Assembly: GCA_037447435.1 (NCBI GenBank)
Contig: JBBIGR010000038.1
Coordinates: 1-51,921, forward strand
Length of the DNA: 51,921 bases
Direction: 5' to 3'
Source of the DNA: Fibrobacteria bacterium
GTDB taxonomy: Bacteria; Fibrobacterota; Chitinivibrionia; Chitinivibrionales; FEN-1185
The notes beneath the pieces were generated by a model. The model was not told the DNA's origin, ran no database searches, and saw nothing but the letters and a program-made list of their open reading frames with translations. The translations under genes and the position numbers were made by a program. Of this stretch, positions 8,228 to 18,169 are shown one piece after another. Position 1 is the stretch's first letter, and each line of letters starts with the position of its first letter.

Positions 8228-9601
8228 TTACTGCATCTGCTTACGAAGGAATGTCGGCACATCCATATCGTCTTCATAATGTTCGATAATATTGCCTTTG
8301 GAAACGACAAAATGCGCGTCCTTCTTGGTCACCTTTTCCTTTTTAAGGAACGCCGGAAATTCAAGCGGCGACGATGAATGATTGCTCATTGCATTGGCAA
8401 CGGCTTTTTGAGTTTCCTCAGAAACCTGCGACGAAACGACCTGGAAAACAGGTTCCGATTTTTCTTCACTTTCGCAACTCTCTTCGACCTGTTTTTCTTC
8501 GATTTTAGGCGCGGGATGATGCGGAGCCAACGCAAAGGTCATTTGTTCGGCCGGACGTTCGGGTTCGGTACGTTGTCCCGGCAATTTCAATGACAGTTTG
8601 GCGGCATTGGCCTCTTCCTTTTTCTTTTCGAGTTTTTCCTCGTTGAATCCGGTGGCTATGACCGTAACCTGTATTTTGCCGTTCATTTGAGGATCGGTAA
8701 CGGCGCCGAAAATGATGTTTGTCTCGACGTCTTCGCCGACCGCATCGTAAATGGTTTGGGTCGCATCGTTTACATCGTAGAGAGTCATGTCTTCGCCGCC
8801 GGTGATATTGATGAGAATACCCTTGGCGCCGACAATGGAAATATCGTCGAGAAGCGGTGAATGGATGGCATTGTCCGCCGCAGTAACCGCCCTGTTTTCG
8901 CCTTCGGAATAGCCGGTACCCATGATTGCATCGCCCATACCCTTCATGATGGTACGGACATCCGCAAAGTCAAGATTGACCAGACCGTGCACGGAAATCA
9001 GGTCGGAAATACCCTTGGTTGCCTGATACAAAACATCATCGGCAATTTTAAACGCGTCGATGAGCGACGTCGTACGATCGACAATAGATAATAGCTTCTG
9101 GTTGGGAATGACGATGATCGTATCGACGCTGCGGCGAAGATCGTCTATTCCTTTACGAGCATTACGATCGCGAACTTTTCCTTCGAACAAAAACGGTCTC
9201 GTGACGATTGCGACGGTAAGGATATCGAGTTCCCGTGCGATTTCGGCAACGACCGGCGCTCCGCCCGTACCCGTGCCGCCGCCCATACCTGCGGTGATGA
9301 AAACCATGTCGGCACCTTCGAGCATTGCCGCCACTTTTTCCCGGTCTTCTTCCATGGCAATGCGGCCGATTTCCGGATTGGCACCCGCACCCAGTCCTTT
9401 GGTGATTTTGTCTCCGATTTGCATACGATGCGTCGCCTTGTTATTGTCGAGCGCCATCGCGTCGGTATTGATCGAGAGAAACTCGACGCCCGACAAGCCG
9501 GCCGTCACCATCCTGTTTACCGCGTTTCCGCCTGCGCCGCCGACACCGATCACTTTCATTTTTGCCTTGGCATCAAAATTCTCATCGAGCGTAAAAATCA
9601 T
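8228..9601 (-). CDS. ftsZ: Cell division protein FtsZ
   Basis: GVGGAGGNAV, GMGGGTGTG, NLDFAD and a C-terminal DVPTFLRKQ peptide. Confidence 0.99.
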   Translation of the reverse strand: MIFTLDENFDAKAKMKVIGVGGAGGNAVNRMVTAGLSGVEFLSINTDAMALDNNKATHRMQIGDKITKGLGAGANPEIGRIAMEEDREKVAAMLEGADMVFITAGMGGGTGTGGAPVVAEIARELDILTVAIVTRPFLFEGKVRDRNARKGIDDLRRSVDTIIVIPNQKLLSIVDRTTSLIDAFKIADDVLYQATKGISDLISVHGLVNLDFADVRTIMKGMGDAIMGTGYSEGENRAVTAADNAIHSPLLDDISIVGAKGILINITGGEDMTLYDVNDATQTIYDAVGEDVETNIIFGAVTDPQMNGKIQVTVIATGFNEEKLEKKKEEANAAKLSLKLPGQRTEPERPAEQMTFALAPHHPAPKIEEKQVEESCESEEKSEPVFQVVSSQVSEETQKAVANAMSNHSSSPLEFPAFLKKEKVTKKDAHFVVSKGNIIEHYEDDMDVPTFLRKQMQ

Positions 9602-9670
9602 AAGCTCCCCCTTTTGTAAAGGTAGATTGTTGGTTTGAATATATTGATTTGTTCATTTTTTTCCATTTTC

Positions 9671-10906
9671 TCAAAAGAATTCCTTGACCCAAACTTTCAT
9701 TTTATCGAAAATCTTCTTGAAATTGTCGTCGCCGCCGTTTGTTTTCTTGCCCTTTTTGCTTTTTCCGTGCCGCACGCCGTAAATGCACAACCCTACTCCG
9801 GTCGCGTGAATCGGCGATTTTGCAGCTTCGGTCAACCCGCCGAATCCGGTGGGATACCCGATTTTGACCGGCATTTCGAATACCTTTTCCGCAAGCTCCT
9901 GAATTCCTTCCATGAGCGCACCGCCGCCGGTCAACACGACTCCGGCACCGAGCATGTCGGCATATTCGGTACGCTTAATTTCACGCAATGTCAACGATAG
10001 CATCTCCTCGAGGCGCGGCTCGATGATGGATGCCAAAACCGCCTTCGACACTTCCCGTTGTTCCCTGCCGCCGACTCCCGGCACACTGATGTATTCATCG
10101 CTTTTGACAAGCGGCGAATAGGCGCAACCGTACTGTCTTTTTATTTCTTCGGCACGTTCTATCGGCGTGCGAATGCCGATCGCGATATCGCTGGTCACGT
10201 TTTTTCCGCCCAAACCGACCACAGCCGTATGGCGTATGCTTTCGTCGAAGTAAATCGCGATATCGGTTGTGCCGCCGCCCATATCCACCAATGCGACGCC
10301 CAATTCCTTTTCGTCTTTTTCGAGAACCGCATAACTTGATGCGAGCGGTTCGAGAACCAGGTCCCTGACCTTGAGACCGGCTTTTTCGACGCTTTTGTAA
10401 ATGTTCTGCGCGCTGGTGACCGCACCGGTAATTATGTGCACTTGCGTTTCAAGACGCACCCCGCACATGCCGATGGGATCTTTTATGCCTTTTTGTTCGT
10501 CGACGATAAATTCCTGCGGGATCACATGGAGAATTTCGCGGTCCATGGGAATGGAAACCGCTTTGGCAGCGTCGATTGCGCGAATGACGTCGAGCTCGGT
10601 GATCTCATTATCGTCCCGGGAAATCGCAACGACGCCTTTGCTGTTTATCGCGCGGATATGATCGCCCGCAATCCCCACGTAGACGGATTCAACGTCGACA
10701 CCGGCCATGAGTTCGGCCTCTTCAACCGCTTTTTGTATCGAGTGAACGGTTTTATCGATATTGACCACAACGCCTTTACGCAAGCCATCGGAAGGACTGA
10801 CGCCGACGCCCACGATTTTGAGTTCGCCGTGTGCATCCAATTCGGAAATAATACACGCGATTTTAGTGGTTCCTATATCGAGTCCTATGAAATAATTATC
10901 GTCCAT
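9671..10906 (-). CDS. ftsA: Cell division protein FtsA
   Basis: GLDIGTTK, DMGGGTTD and VLTGGGA motifs; GGAGG RBS before ATG 10906. Confidence 0.98.
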   Translation of the reverse strand: MDDNYFIGLDIGTTKIACIISELDAHGELKIVGVGVSPSDGLRKGVVVNIDKTVHSIQKAVEEAELMAGVDVESVYVGIAGDHIRAINSKGVVAISRDDNEITELDVIRAIDAAKAVSIPMDREILHVIPQEFIVDEQKGIKDPIGMCGVRLETQVHIITGAVTSAQNIYKSVEKAGLKVRDLVLEPLASSYAVLEKDEKELGVALVDMGGGTTDIAIYFDESIRHTAVVGLGGKNVTSDIAIGIRTPIERAEEIKRQYGCAYSPLVKSDEYISVPGVGGREQREVSKAVLASIIEPRLEEMLSLTLREIKRTEYADMLGAGVVLTGGGALMEGIQELAEKVFEMPVKIGYPTGFGGLTEAAKSPIHATGVGLCIYGVRHGKSKKGKKTNGGDDNFKKIFDKMKVWVKEFF

Positions 10907-10971
10907 GATCCGCCTCCAATTCAATTAATGTATATACACACATTGTCCGAAAAGACAAGGTGCGAAGTCCA

Positions 10972-11793
10972 TTACCAGCGCACATATCCAAGATCCTCAT
11001 AGCACAAATTTATCTGCTTGGGAGTTCCGCGCGCATCCTTTTGCACGGATTGGACAAGTTGTTTGAGCCGATAAATGGATGTTTTTGTGTCTGCGTCCGA
11101 GATATCAACAACATACGGAATATCTTCGAGCGACATCCGAATCAACGGATCGGAACCGAAATCTATTTGCGAAATCTTTTTTGCAAATGCAGGATCGGCC
11201 TGCGTACAATCGTCGAGGAAATGCTTTACACGGGCGAATGTCTGGCTTCCGATGCATTTCACGGAGTCCGAACGGATGTCGGAAATCCCGGACAAAAGCG
11301 GTAAATTCGAATACGTGCTGCTGAACAGGGGCAACAACATTCCTTCGTTATCGGTATAGTACACGTTTTTTGCCGAAACAAGCGCGATGGGGGTCCTTTC
11401 CTTAATGGAAATGACCACTTTGCTGGGAAAATGACGCGTCACATCGATACTTTTTACCCACGGATTTTTTGCAATTGCCTTTTCCACGGCGCCGGGACGT
11501 ATCTGCATCATTTTCATCCCGATTTTTATTCCGGATAATTTAAGCACTTCGAGCGTATCGATGCGCGAAGTCCCGTTCACCGATATTGTCGCAACGGTAA
11601 ACATCGAGGACGTGGATGTCCATGCGGAAAGTTTTACCGCCCCGAAGTTCGCCGCGCCGACCACCATGACGAGAACGGCAATAACAGACAGGCCCTTCAC
11701 CCCTTTTGCGGTCGCTTTTGTCACGGCATTTCCGATATTGCGGCGTTTTTCCGTATGCTTACGCATGCGGTTCGCTCCGATACGTTTTGCCAT
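10972..11793 (-). CDS. ftsQ: Cell division protein FtsQ/DivIB
   Basis: Single TM, POTRA domain (NPWVKSIDVTRHFPSKVVISIKERTP), position before ftsA, and TAATG coupling with murC. Confidence 0.9.
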   Translation of the reverse strand: MAKRIGANRMRKHTEKRRNIGNAVTKATAKGVKGLSVIAVLVMVVGAANFGAVKLSAWTSTSSMFTVATISVNGTSRIDTLEVLKLSGIKIGMKMMQIRPGAVEKAIAKNPWVKSIDVTRHFPSKVVISIKERTPIALVSAKNVYYTDNEGMLLPLFSSTYSNLPLLSGISDIRSDSVKCIGSQTFARVKHFLDDCTQADPAFAKKISQIDFGSDPLIRMSLEDIPYVVDISDADTKTSIYRLKQLVQSVQKDARGTPKQINLCYEDLGYVRW

Positions 11794-13178
11794 TACAACC
11801 GCTCCTTTATCATCGCGAGTATGACAGGGCATAATGCGTTTATGTCGCCCGCACCCATGACCACGACAATGTCGTTTTCCCGAAGCAGTGGTACGAGAGA
11901 TCGGGGCACATCTTCCTTGGTATCGACAAAACGGGCCGCCCTATGACCGTAATCCGAAACGATTTTTTCAACAATCGTATTACCCGAGATTCCCGGTATC
12001 GGTTCTTCTCTGGATTTGTAAATCGACGTGACAAACACGATATCCGCTTTTGCCAATTCCGCGGCGAAATCGTTCATAAAATCCCTGGTGCGTGTATACA
12101 AATGCGGCTGAAAAACCGCTATGACGCGATTATATCCCGCATTCTTTGCCGCAGAAATTGTTGCCCGTATTTCGCTGGGGTGATGGGCATAATCGTCGAC
12201 CACGGTAACGCCGTCGGCAACTCCCATGATTTCGAAACGGCGTTTAACACCTGCAAATCCCTCCAAACTTTGTGCTACGAGGGAAAATGCAACGCCCAAT
12301 TCGCAAGCAACGGCAATGGCCGCCAGACTGTTTTTCACATTGTGAATGCCCGGAATGGGAAGAGAAACCCGTCCGAGCAATTTTTTAGCACAATAGGCGT
12401 TAAACGTTGTTTCCTTTTGCGTGTATACAATGTTTTGCGCCGTATACCGGGCATCTGCGGAAAGTCCGTAGGTGACGACCGGCTTCGCATACGATTGCAA
12501 AAGTTTGCACACCTGCGGATCGTCGATGCAGGCAACAAGAGCGCCGTAAAACGGCACTATATTGACAAATTGCGTAAACGCGGAGGCGATGTCTTCGATA
12601 TCGGCATAGCAATCCAAATGATCTTCTTCGATATTGGTGACAACGGCGATAGACGGAAACATTTTAAGAAACGACCGGTCGAATTCGTCGGCTTCGGCAA
12701 CGAGCACATCGCCCTTGCCGACAATGGCATTCGAATCGTAATGCCGCAATATTCCGCCCACAATGACCGTCGGGTTCCAACCGGCATCATGCATGATTTG
12801 TCCGATAAGGGATGTTGTCGTAGTTTTTCCATGGGTGCCTGCAACGGCAACGGAAAACTTCATCCGCATGAGTTCACCGAGCATTTCGCCGCGCCGCATC
12901 AGCGGAATTTTATGCTCTTCCGTAAACATCCGTTCGGGATTATCGGCGCGAACCGCGCTCGAAAACACGGCGATATCCGCGGTTTTGATCAGGTCCGGGG
13001 TATGACCGTATTGGATTTTTATGCCAAGGGTTTCGAGCCGATGCGTAATCGGGGAATCGCTTCTGTCGCTTCCGGTAACCGCATACCCGGCAGCGGACAA
13101 AAACTCGGCAAGGCCGCTCATGCCGACGCCGCCGATACCGATGAAATGAATCGTTTTATTTCTATTTAATCCGATCAT
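11793..13178 (-). CDS. murC: UDP-N-acetylmuramate--L-alanine ligase
   Basis: HFIGIGGVGMS, GTHGKTTT, EADEFDRSF, DDYAHHPSE and FQPHLYTRT motifs. Confidence 0.98.
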   Translation of the reverse strand: MIGLNRNKTIHFIGIGGVGMSGLAEFLSAAGYAVTGSDRSDSPITHRLETLGIKIQYGHTPDLIKTADIAVFSSAVRADNPERMFTEEHKIPLMRRGEMLGELMRMKFSVAVAGTHGKTTTTSLIGQIMHDAGWNPTVIVGGILRHYDSNAIVGKGDVLVAEADEFDRSFLKMFPSIAVVTNIEEDHLDCYADIEDIASAFTQFVNIVPFYGALVACIDDPQVCKLLQSYAKPVVTYGLSADARYTAQNIVYTQKETTFNAYCAKKLLGRVSLPIPGIHNVKNSLAAIAVACELGVAFSLVAQSLEGFAGVKRRFEIMGVADGVTVVDDYAHHPSEIRATISAAKNAGYNRVIAVFQPHLYTRTRDFMNDFAAELAKADIVFVTSIYKSREEPIPGISGNTIVEKIVSDYGHRAARFVDTKEDVPRSLVPLLRENDIVVVMGAGDINALCPVILAMIKERL

Positions 13179-14263
13179 AGTTTCAAATCTTTCTTTATTG
13201 CCGAAACGATTTTATCCGCGGCTTCCGCCGGGCTGTTGTCCAAAGCCTTCATGCACATCGCGTTATATTTGTGATCGTCGGACAATAGCACTGCAACCGC
13301 TGCGGAAATATTTTTTCCCGTCGCCGCATCTTGCTTAATTCGAATTCCCCACCCCAGCATCTGAACCAGCCCCGCATTGACCCATTGATGGTTTTCCGCG
13401 GCCCACGGAAGCGGTATGACGATGCACGGCAGTCCGAAATAAGCGATTTCCGCCAATGTGGAGGCACCGGCCCTGCCGATGATAATTTTTGAAACCGCGT
13501 AATACGGATACAAATCATCGAGCGTTTCGAAAACCAAAACGTTTTTATCCGTCTTAAAACGGGATTCAACGGTTTTATACGAGGCGGTTCCTGTTTGCCA
13601 AATGATTTGCATTCCCTGCGACGACCACTGGGCAACCGATTCGACAAGGCTCTCGTTCATGGATTGCGCACCTTGACTGCCGCCGCAGATGAGAATTGAT
13701 TTTCTGGACCTGTCCAATGCCTTTGGATACGGGAATCCGTCAAACGATTGAACCTGCGTGCGGACCGGCGTTCCGGTCACTTCGCTTCGCTGCAGCGACT
13801 GCACTTTACCGGCAAGAGGAAACCCGAGAAAAACCCTCTTTGCATACCGGGAAAAAAATCTGTTTACCATTCCCGCGACCGTATTTTGTTCCTGCAGATA
13901 GATGGGGATTTTTTTCACCACCGCCGCGGCCAAAACAGGCGCGCACACATACCCGCCGAAAGCGATAACCGCTTCGGGTCTGTGCTTGGTAAATTGACAC
14001 ATAACGCCGACGATCGCCCTCACGAAGGTGACGGCCGCAACGACCGCTTGGAAACTTACCCGCCTTTTCAGGCCGATGACGTCGAGTATCATGATGGGAA
14101 TATTATTTTTTTTGCACAGTTCGACTTCTCTGCTCCTGTAGGTTCCTATCCATAAGAGGGAAACGGGCGTCTGGCCTTTTTTTAAGGCCTGCGCAACAGA
14201 CAACGCGGGGAATATATGCCCGCCGGTGCCGCCTGCAGCTATGACAATTGTTTTTGTCTTCAT
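13175..14263 (-). CDS. murG: Lipid II GlcNAc transferase MurG
   Basis: GGTGGHIFP, EQN, GGSQGA and RAGASTLAE motifs. Confidence 0.97.
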   Translation of the reverse strand: MKTKTIVIAAGGTGGHIFPALSVAQALKKGQTPVSLLWIGTYRSREVELCKKNNIPIMILDVIGLKRRVSFQAVVAAVTFVRAIVGVMCQFTKHRPEAVIAFGGYVCAPVLAAAVVKKIPIYLQEQNTVAGMVNRFFSRYAKRVFLGFPLAGKVQSLQRSEVTGTPVRTQVQSFDGFPYPKALDRSRKSILICGGSQGAQSMNESLVESVAQWSSQGMQIIWQTGTASYKTVESRFKTDKNVLVFETLDDLYPYYAVSKIIIGRAGASTLAEIAYFGLPCIVIPLPWAAENHQWVNAGLVQMLGWGIRIKQDAATGKNISAAVAVLLSDDHKYNAMCMKALDNSPAEAADKIVSAIKKDLKL

Positions 14264-15396
14264 GAGAAGTCCCTATATGAACGCGAATGTTTTAGTTCGC
14301 CGCTTGCCGACTGGCTCGAGATGTTCAGCAGTATTCCCATGCTGCTCATGGTAAAGACCAGGCTCATGCCGCCGTAACTTAAAAACGGAAGCGGTATACC
14401 GGTCGTCGGAAACAAACCGACATTGACGGCTGCGTGTACGATGACGTACATGGCAAGCATGATACTGAAACCGAATGCGATCAGGCGGCCCATTTTATCG
14501 GGCGCATTTTTCGCGATTTTTATCCCGCAATAGACCATAAATGAAAAAACCGCCAGAACCGCGAATAACCCGATAAAGCCTATTTCCTCGCCTAAAACGG
14601 AAAAAACAAAATCCGTATGGGGTTCGGGCAAAAAGAAATATTTTTGGCCTCCCTGACCGATACCCACGCCGAACAATCCGCCGTGCCCCAGCCCGATCAG
14701 CGCCTGATGGGCCTGGTAGCCGATGTCACCCTTGTGTTCCGCCATGTTAAGGTATGCCATGATGCGATTGCGGCGATACCCCGCACCGAACGCTGCGACG
14801 ACCGCAAGCGGCAGCGCGGCAACGACAAGCATTGAAAAATGTGACATCTTTGCGCCGGAAACAAAAAGAATGGACAGCCCGATAATGGCGATAATCGATG
14901 CGGTGCTGAAATTGGGCTCAAGCCCCACAAGCCCGCAAATTATTCCTATTTTGACAAGAAACTGCATGAATTTTTTACCGTTTTTAATTTCGTCCTGAGC
15001 ATCGGCCAATTGGGCCGCCAGCATGATGACCAGGACGAGTAATGCAAGTTCGGAAACCTGAAACTGAAAGAATCCCAGCGAAATCCACCGTTTTGCGCCG
15101 TGAATTGCTTTTGACGCCGGAGCAACTAATACATAAATCAACAAAATGATAACGCCGATATACCCGTGTTTGGCAAAACGCCCCCAAATATGGTAATCCA
15201 CGTTTATAAACACCATGAAACAACCGACCGCAAGCAGCGCCCTGACTAATTGACGTCCAAGGAAAAAGTCGGCGCCGCCGAATTTGCTTTGCGCAAGGGC
15301 AAAAGACGAGCTGTATACGAATACGATGCCGAAACCGACCATGAGCAAGGTTACGATCAAAAGCCCCATATCGACTCGTGCGGTTTTAGCGTTCAC
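14260..15396 (-). CDS. ftsW: SEDS peptidoglycan polymerase FtsW
   Basis: GAKRWI, LPEPHTDFVF and PTTGIPLPFLSYGG motifs; dcw position. Confidence 0.96.
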   Translation of the reverse strand: MNAKTARVDMGLLIVTLLMVGFGIVFVYSSSFALAQSKFGGADFFLGRQLVRALLAVGCFMVFINVDYHIWGRFAKHGYIGVIILLIYVLVAPASKAIHGAKRWISLGFFQFQVSELALLVLVIMLAAQLADAQDEIKNGKKFMQFLVKIGIICGLVGLEPNFSTASIIAIIGLSILFVSGAKMSHFSMLVVAALPLAVVAAFGAGYRRNRIMAYLNMAEHKGDIGYQAHQALIGLGHGGLFGVGIGQGGQKYFFLPEPHTDFVFSVLGEEIGFIGLFAVLAVFSFMVYCGIKIAKNAPDKMGRLIAFGFSIMLAMYVIVHAAVNVGLFPTTGIPLPFLSYGGMSLVFTMSSMGILLNISSQSASGELKHSRSYRDFS

Positions 15397-16772
15397 GATG
15401 CTTCCTTTGCAAGAGTTTTAACGGTTGCTATGAACGCATCGCCGCGCTGTTCGTAATTCTCGAACATATCGAAACTCGAGCAGCCGGGCGACAGCACGAC
15501 CACATCACCGGACACGGCATTATGAAACGCCAAACGGACCGCGTCTTGTAAAGAATCGCAGCGATGCATCGGCGCGGTGCTCTGCCATTCTTGCTGAATG
15601 CGATTCGCCGCTTCGCCGATGAGATATACCGCCTTGGCCCGTTCCTTGATCGCGTCGCGAACTATCCCGAATTCGCAGCCTTTATCCCTTCCCCCGGCAA
15701 TGAGATGAACATTGTTGCCGAAGGCATTCACTGCGCATAGTACTGATTCTGCGGTCGTTGCCTTGGAATCGTTGTAAAACCGGACGTTATTGACTTCTGC
15801 GACAAACTCGAGGCGATGGCGAAGACCGCCGAACGAGCAAAGCCCGTTTGCAACGGCCCGAGGCGAAAGGTTTGCGCACAGGGCCAAAGCCGCAGCGGCA
15901 CTTGCGTTATCGTAATTATGAGGACCGGCCAAAACCATGTCCTTCACTTTTAAAAGTTCGGATTTTTCATTACGCCACATCGTCCACAGGGACCCGTTTT
16001 CATACCATACGCAATCCTGCCCGGCGACCAATGCGCCGAAGAAAACCACGTTGGTTTTCGTTTTCATGGTTTCGGCCCAAGCGAACAAACGCACGTCGCG
16101 GGCATTAAGGACGAGGTGATTATCGAAGTTGAAATTCCGCGCAATTTCTTTCTTGGCATTGTAATACGATTCTTCGCCGTCGTAGCGATCCAAATGGTTT
16201 TTCAAGAGATTGAGTATCGCCGCCGCTTGCGGGCGGAACAGGTCTATGGTTTCCAATTGGAAACTCGAAAGTTCCGCCGCGACGAAAGAATCTTTTGTCA
16301 ACGACCCGACCACATCGACCAGAGGGACGCCGATATTTCCGGCTATCGCATGGGAAACACCGGCCTGTGCCAAAACGGCATCGAGCATGCTTGTGGTTGT
16401 GCTTTTTCCCGAAGACCCGGTGACGGCGAGGAATTTCGCATCGGTAAAACGATATGCCAATTCGACCTCGGACCATACCGCCATTCCCTGGGCAATGGCC
16501 TTTGCCACAACCGGAACCGTTGCCGGAACACCCGGCGAAAGGATCATGACGTCGGCGTTAAGCACCGCGTCCGAATGGCCGCCGGATTCGTGTCCGCAAT
16601 GCGAAAGATCGTTGGCATACAGAATATTCTCAAGTTTTTCCTCGGAACAGGAATCGCTCAGGAATACGGAAATTCCTTTTGCGCTTAAAAACTTGGCAGC
16701 GCCGATACCGCTTCGGGCCGCACCGATGATCGATACGGATTTGGGAACAAACGTTTTGGGAAGCGATTTCAT
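15393..16772 (-). CDS. murD: UDP-N-acetylmuramoyl-L-alanine--D-glutamate ligase
   Basis: GSSGKSTT, ELSSFQL, HLDRY, NDSKAT and LSPGCSSFD motifs. The ATG at 16772 overlaps the murF stop (TGATG). Confidence 0.97.
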   Translation of the reverse strand: MKSLPKTFVPKSVSIIGAARSGIGAAKFLSAKGISVFLSDSCSEEKLENILYANDLSHCGHESGGHSDAVLNADVMILSPGVPATVPVVAKAIAQGMAVWSEVELAYRFTDAKFLAVTGSSGKSTTTSMLDAVLAQAGVSHAIAGNIGVPLVDVVGSLTKDSFVAAELSSFQLETIDLFRPQAAAILNLLKNHLDRYDGEESYYNAKKEIARNFNFDNHLVLNARDVRLFAWAETMKTKTNVVFFGALVAGQDCVWYENGSLWTMWRNEKSELLKVKDMVLAGPHNYDNASAAAALALCANLSPRAVANGLCSFGGLRHRLEFVAEVNNVRFYNDSKATTAESVLCAVNAFGNNVHLIAGGRDKGCEFGIVRDAIKERAKAVYLIGEAANRIQQEWQSTAPMHRCDSLQDAVRLAFHNAVSGDVVVLSPGCSSFDMFENYEQRGDAFIATVKTLAKEAS

Positions 16773-18169
16773 CACATTCCCTCCAGAATTGTTTCCAAAT
16801 GTATGCCCCGGGAGCCTTTCAACAAAACGACATCGCCTTTTCGTATGAACTTTTTCGCGACGGCTATGGCATCGTGACTCGACGCCGCACATCCTATATT
16901 TCGCAACGCAATTCCCGATTCATGCGCGGCTTTTGAAACCAAGCCGGAATATTCTCCTACGGCAATAACGTTCCGCACGCCTGCTTCGGCAAGCTGTTTG
17001 CCGAGCGCGGAATGCAATTTTGAGGAAAATTTTCCGAGTTCGAGCATGTCGCCGACAATTGCGACTGTGGGGCGTTTCCCGGCAACATCGCAAAGTAAAG
17101 AAATGCCGCTTTTCATGGACGACGGGTTTGCATTATAGCAATCGACGATGAATGTCGCACCGGCCTTTTTTTGCAACGTGCCGCGCATTGAAACCGGTTC
17201 CAATTTCGAAAAGGACTCGCGTATTTGCCGGTCCTCTATTCCGAATTGTCGTGCAATCGCGATTGCCGCCAGCGCACTATACACAAAATGCCTGCCCGGC
17301 ATCGGTATCTCAAATTTTTCATTGTCTACCCTAAATGACATCCGAAACGATTTGGTCATGACGACATCGGTCGCGCGGATATCGCATTGTTCGGACATGC
17401 CGTAAAAAACCGTTTTTTGTTTTGCTGTTTTGGCTTTCTTGACCAAGAGCGCATCATCGCCGTTGAGCAGCAAAAGACCGTTGCTTTTCATTCCATCGAC
17501 AATTTCGAATTTTGTATCGAGAATGTTGGCCTGTGACCCGAAATAGCCGATATGCGCAAACCCTATATTGGTAATGACCGCGATATCGGGACGCACTATT
17601 TTAGACAGATCGTGGATTTCTTTGACATGGTTCGCACCCATTTCCAACACGCCGGCATCTTCCTTACCGGTAAAGCGCAGCAGGGAAAGCGGAACGCCGA
17701 TGTGATTGTTCCAATTCCCCCGGGTTTCCCCGACGGTTAATTTACTTTTTAAAACAGTCGCGATAAAATTTCGTGCCGTTGTTTTTCCGCTGGAGCCGGT
17801 GATCCCGATCATCGCACAGGTCAAATCCCGGCGATAGCGTGCCGCAGCGTTTTGCAGACTTGCAAGCGGATCGGAAACCGCGATCAGGTTTTTCCGGATT
17901 GCCGAAGGATAGCCGTCGGCTTTTTGTCTTGAAACAAGCGCCGAAATTGCACCGAGGGAAAACGCTTTTTCGACATACTTGTGTCCGTCGTCGTTCTCTG
18001 TCTGCAAAGCGATAAAGACATCGCCTTTTTCAACGCTGCGCGAATCGTTCCAAACGGCATGGAGCGGCAATCCCAATGTTTTTTTGGATGCATCGCAACG
18101 CCCGTTGCAGTACTTAACAAAGCTGCCAAGCGTTAAAGGCTTATAATTTTTTTTGCGCGTTTTATTCAT
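16772..18169 (-). CDS. murF: UDP-N-acetylmuramoyl-tripeptide--D-Ala-D-Ala ligase
   Basis: TGSSGKTT, NNHIGVP, DCYNANPSSM, GDMLELG and KGSRG motifs. Confidence 0.97.
   Translation of the reverse strand: MNKTRKKNYKPLTLGSFVKYCNGRCDASKKTLGLPLHAVWNDSRSVEKGDVFIALQTENDDGHKYVEKAFSLGAISALVSRQKADGYPSAIRKNLIAVSDPLASLQNAAARYRRDLTCAMIGITGSSGKTTARNFIATVLKSKLTVGETRGNWNNHIGVPLSLLRFTGKEDAGVLEMGANHVKEIHDLSKIVRPDIAVITNIGFAHIGYFGSQANILDTKFEIVDGMKSNGLLLLNGDDALLVKKAKTAKQKTVFYGMSEQCDIRATDVVMTKSFRMSFRVDNEKFEIPMPGRHFVYSALAAIAIARQFGIEDRQIRESFSKLEPVSMRGTLQKKAGATFIVDCYNANPSSMKSGISLLCDVAGKRPTVAIVGDMLELGKFSSKLHSALGKQLAEAGVRNVIAVGEYSGLVSKAAHESGIALRNIGCAASSHDAIAVAKKFIRKGDVVLLKGSRGIHLETILEGM

Noticed and set aside
11943..13169. 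408-aa plus-strand ORF
   Set aside because: Antisense shadow of murC with no recognisable motifs.
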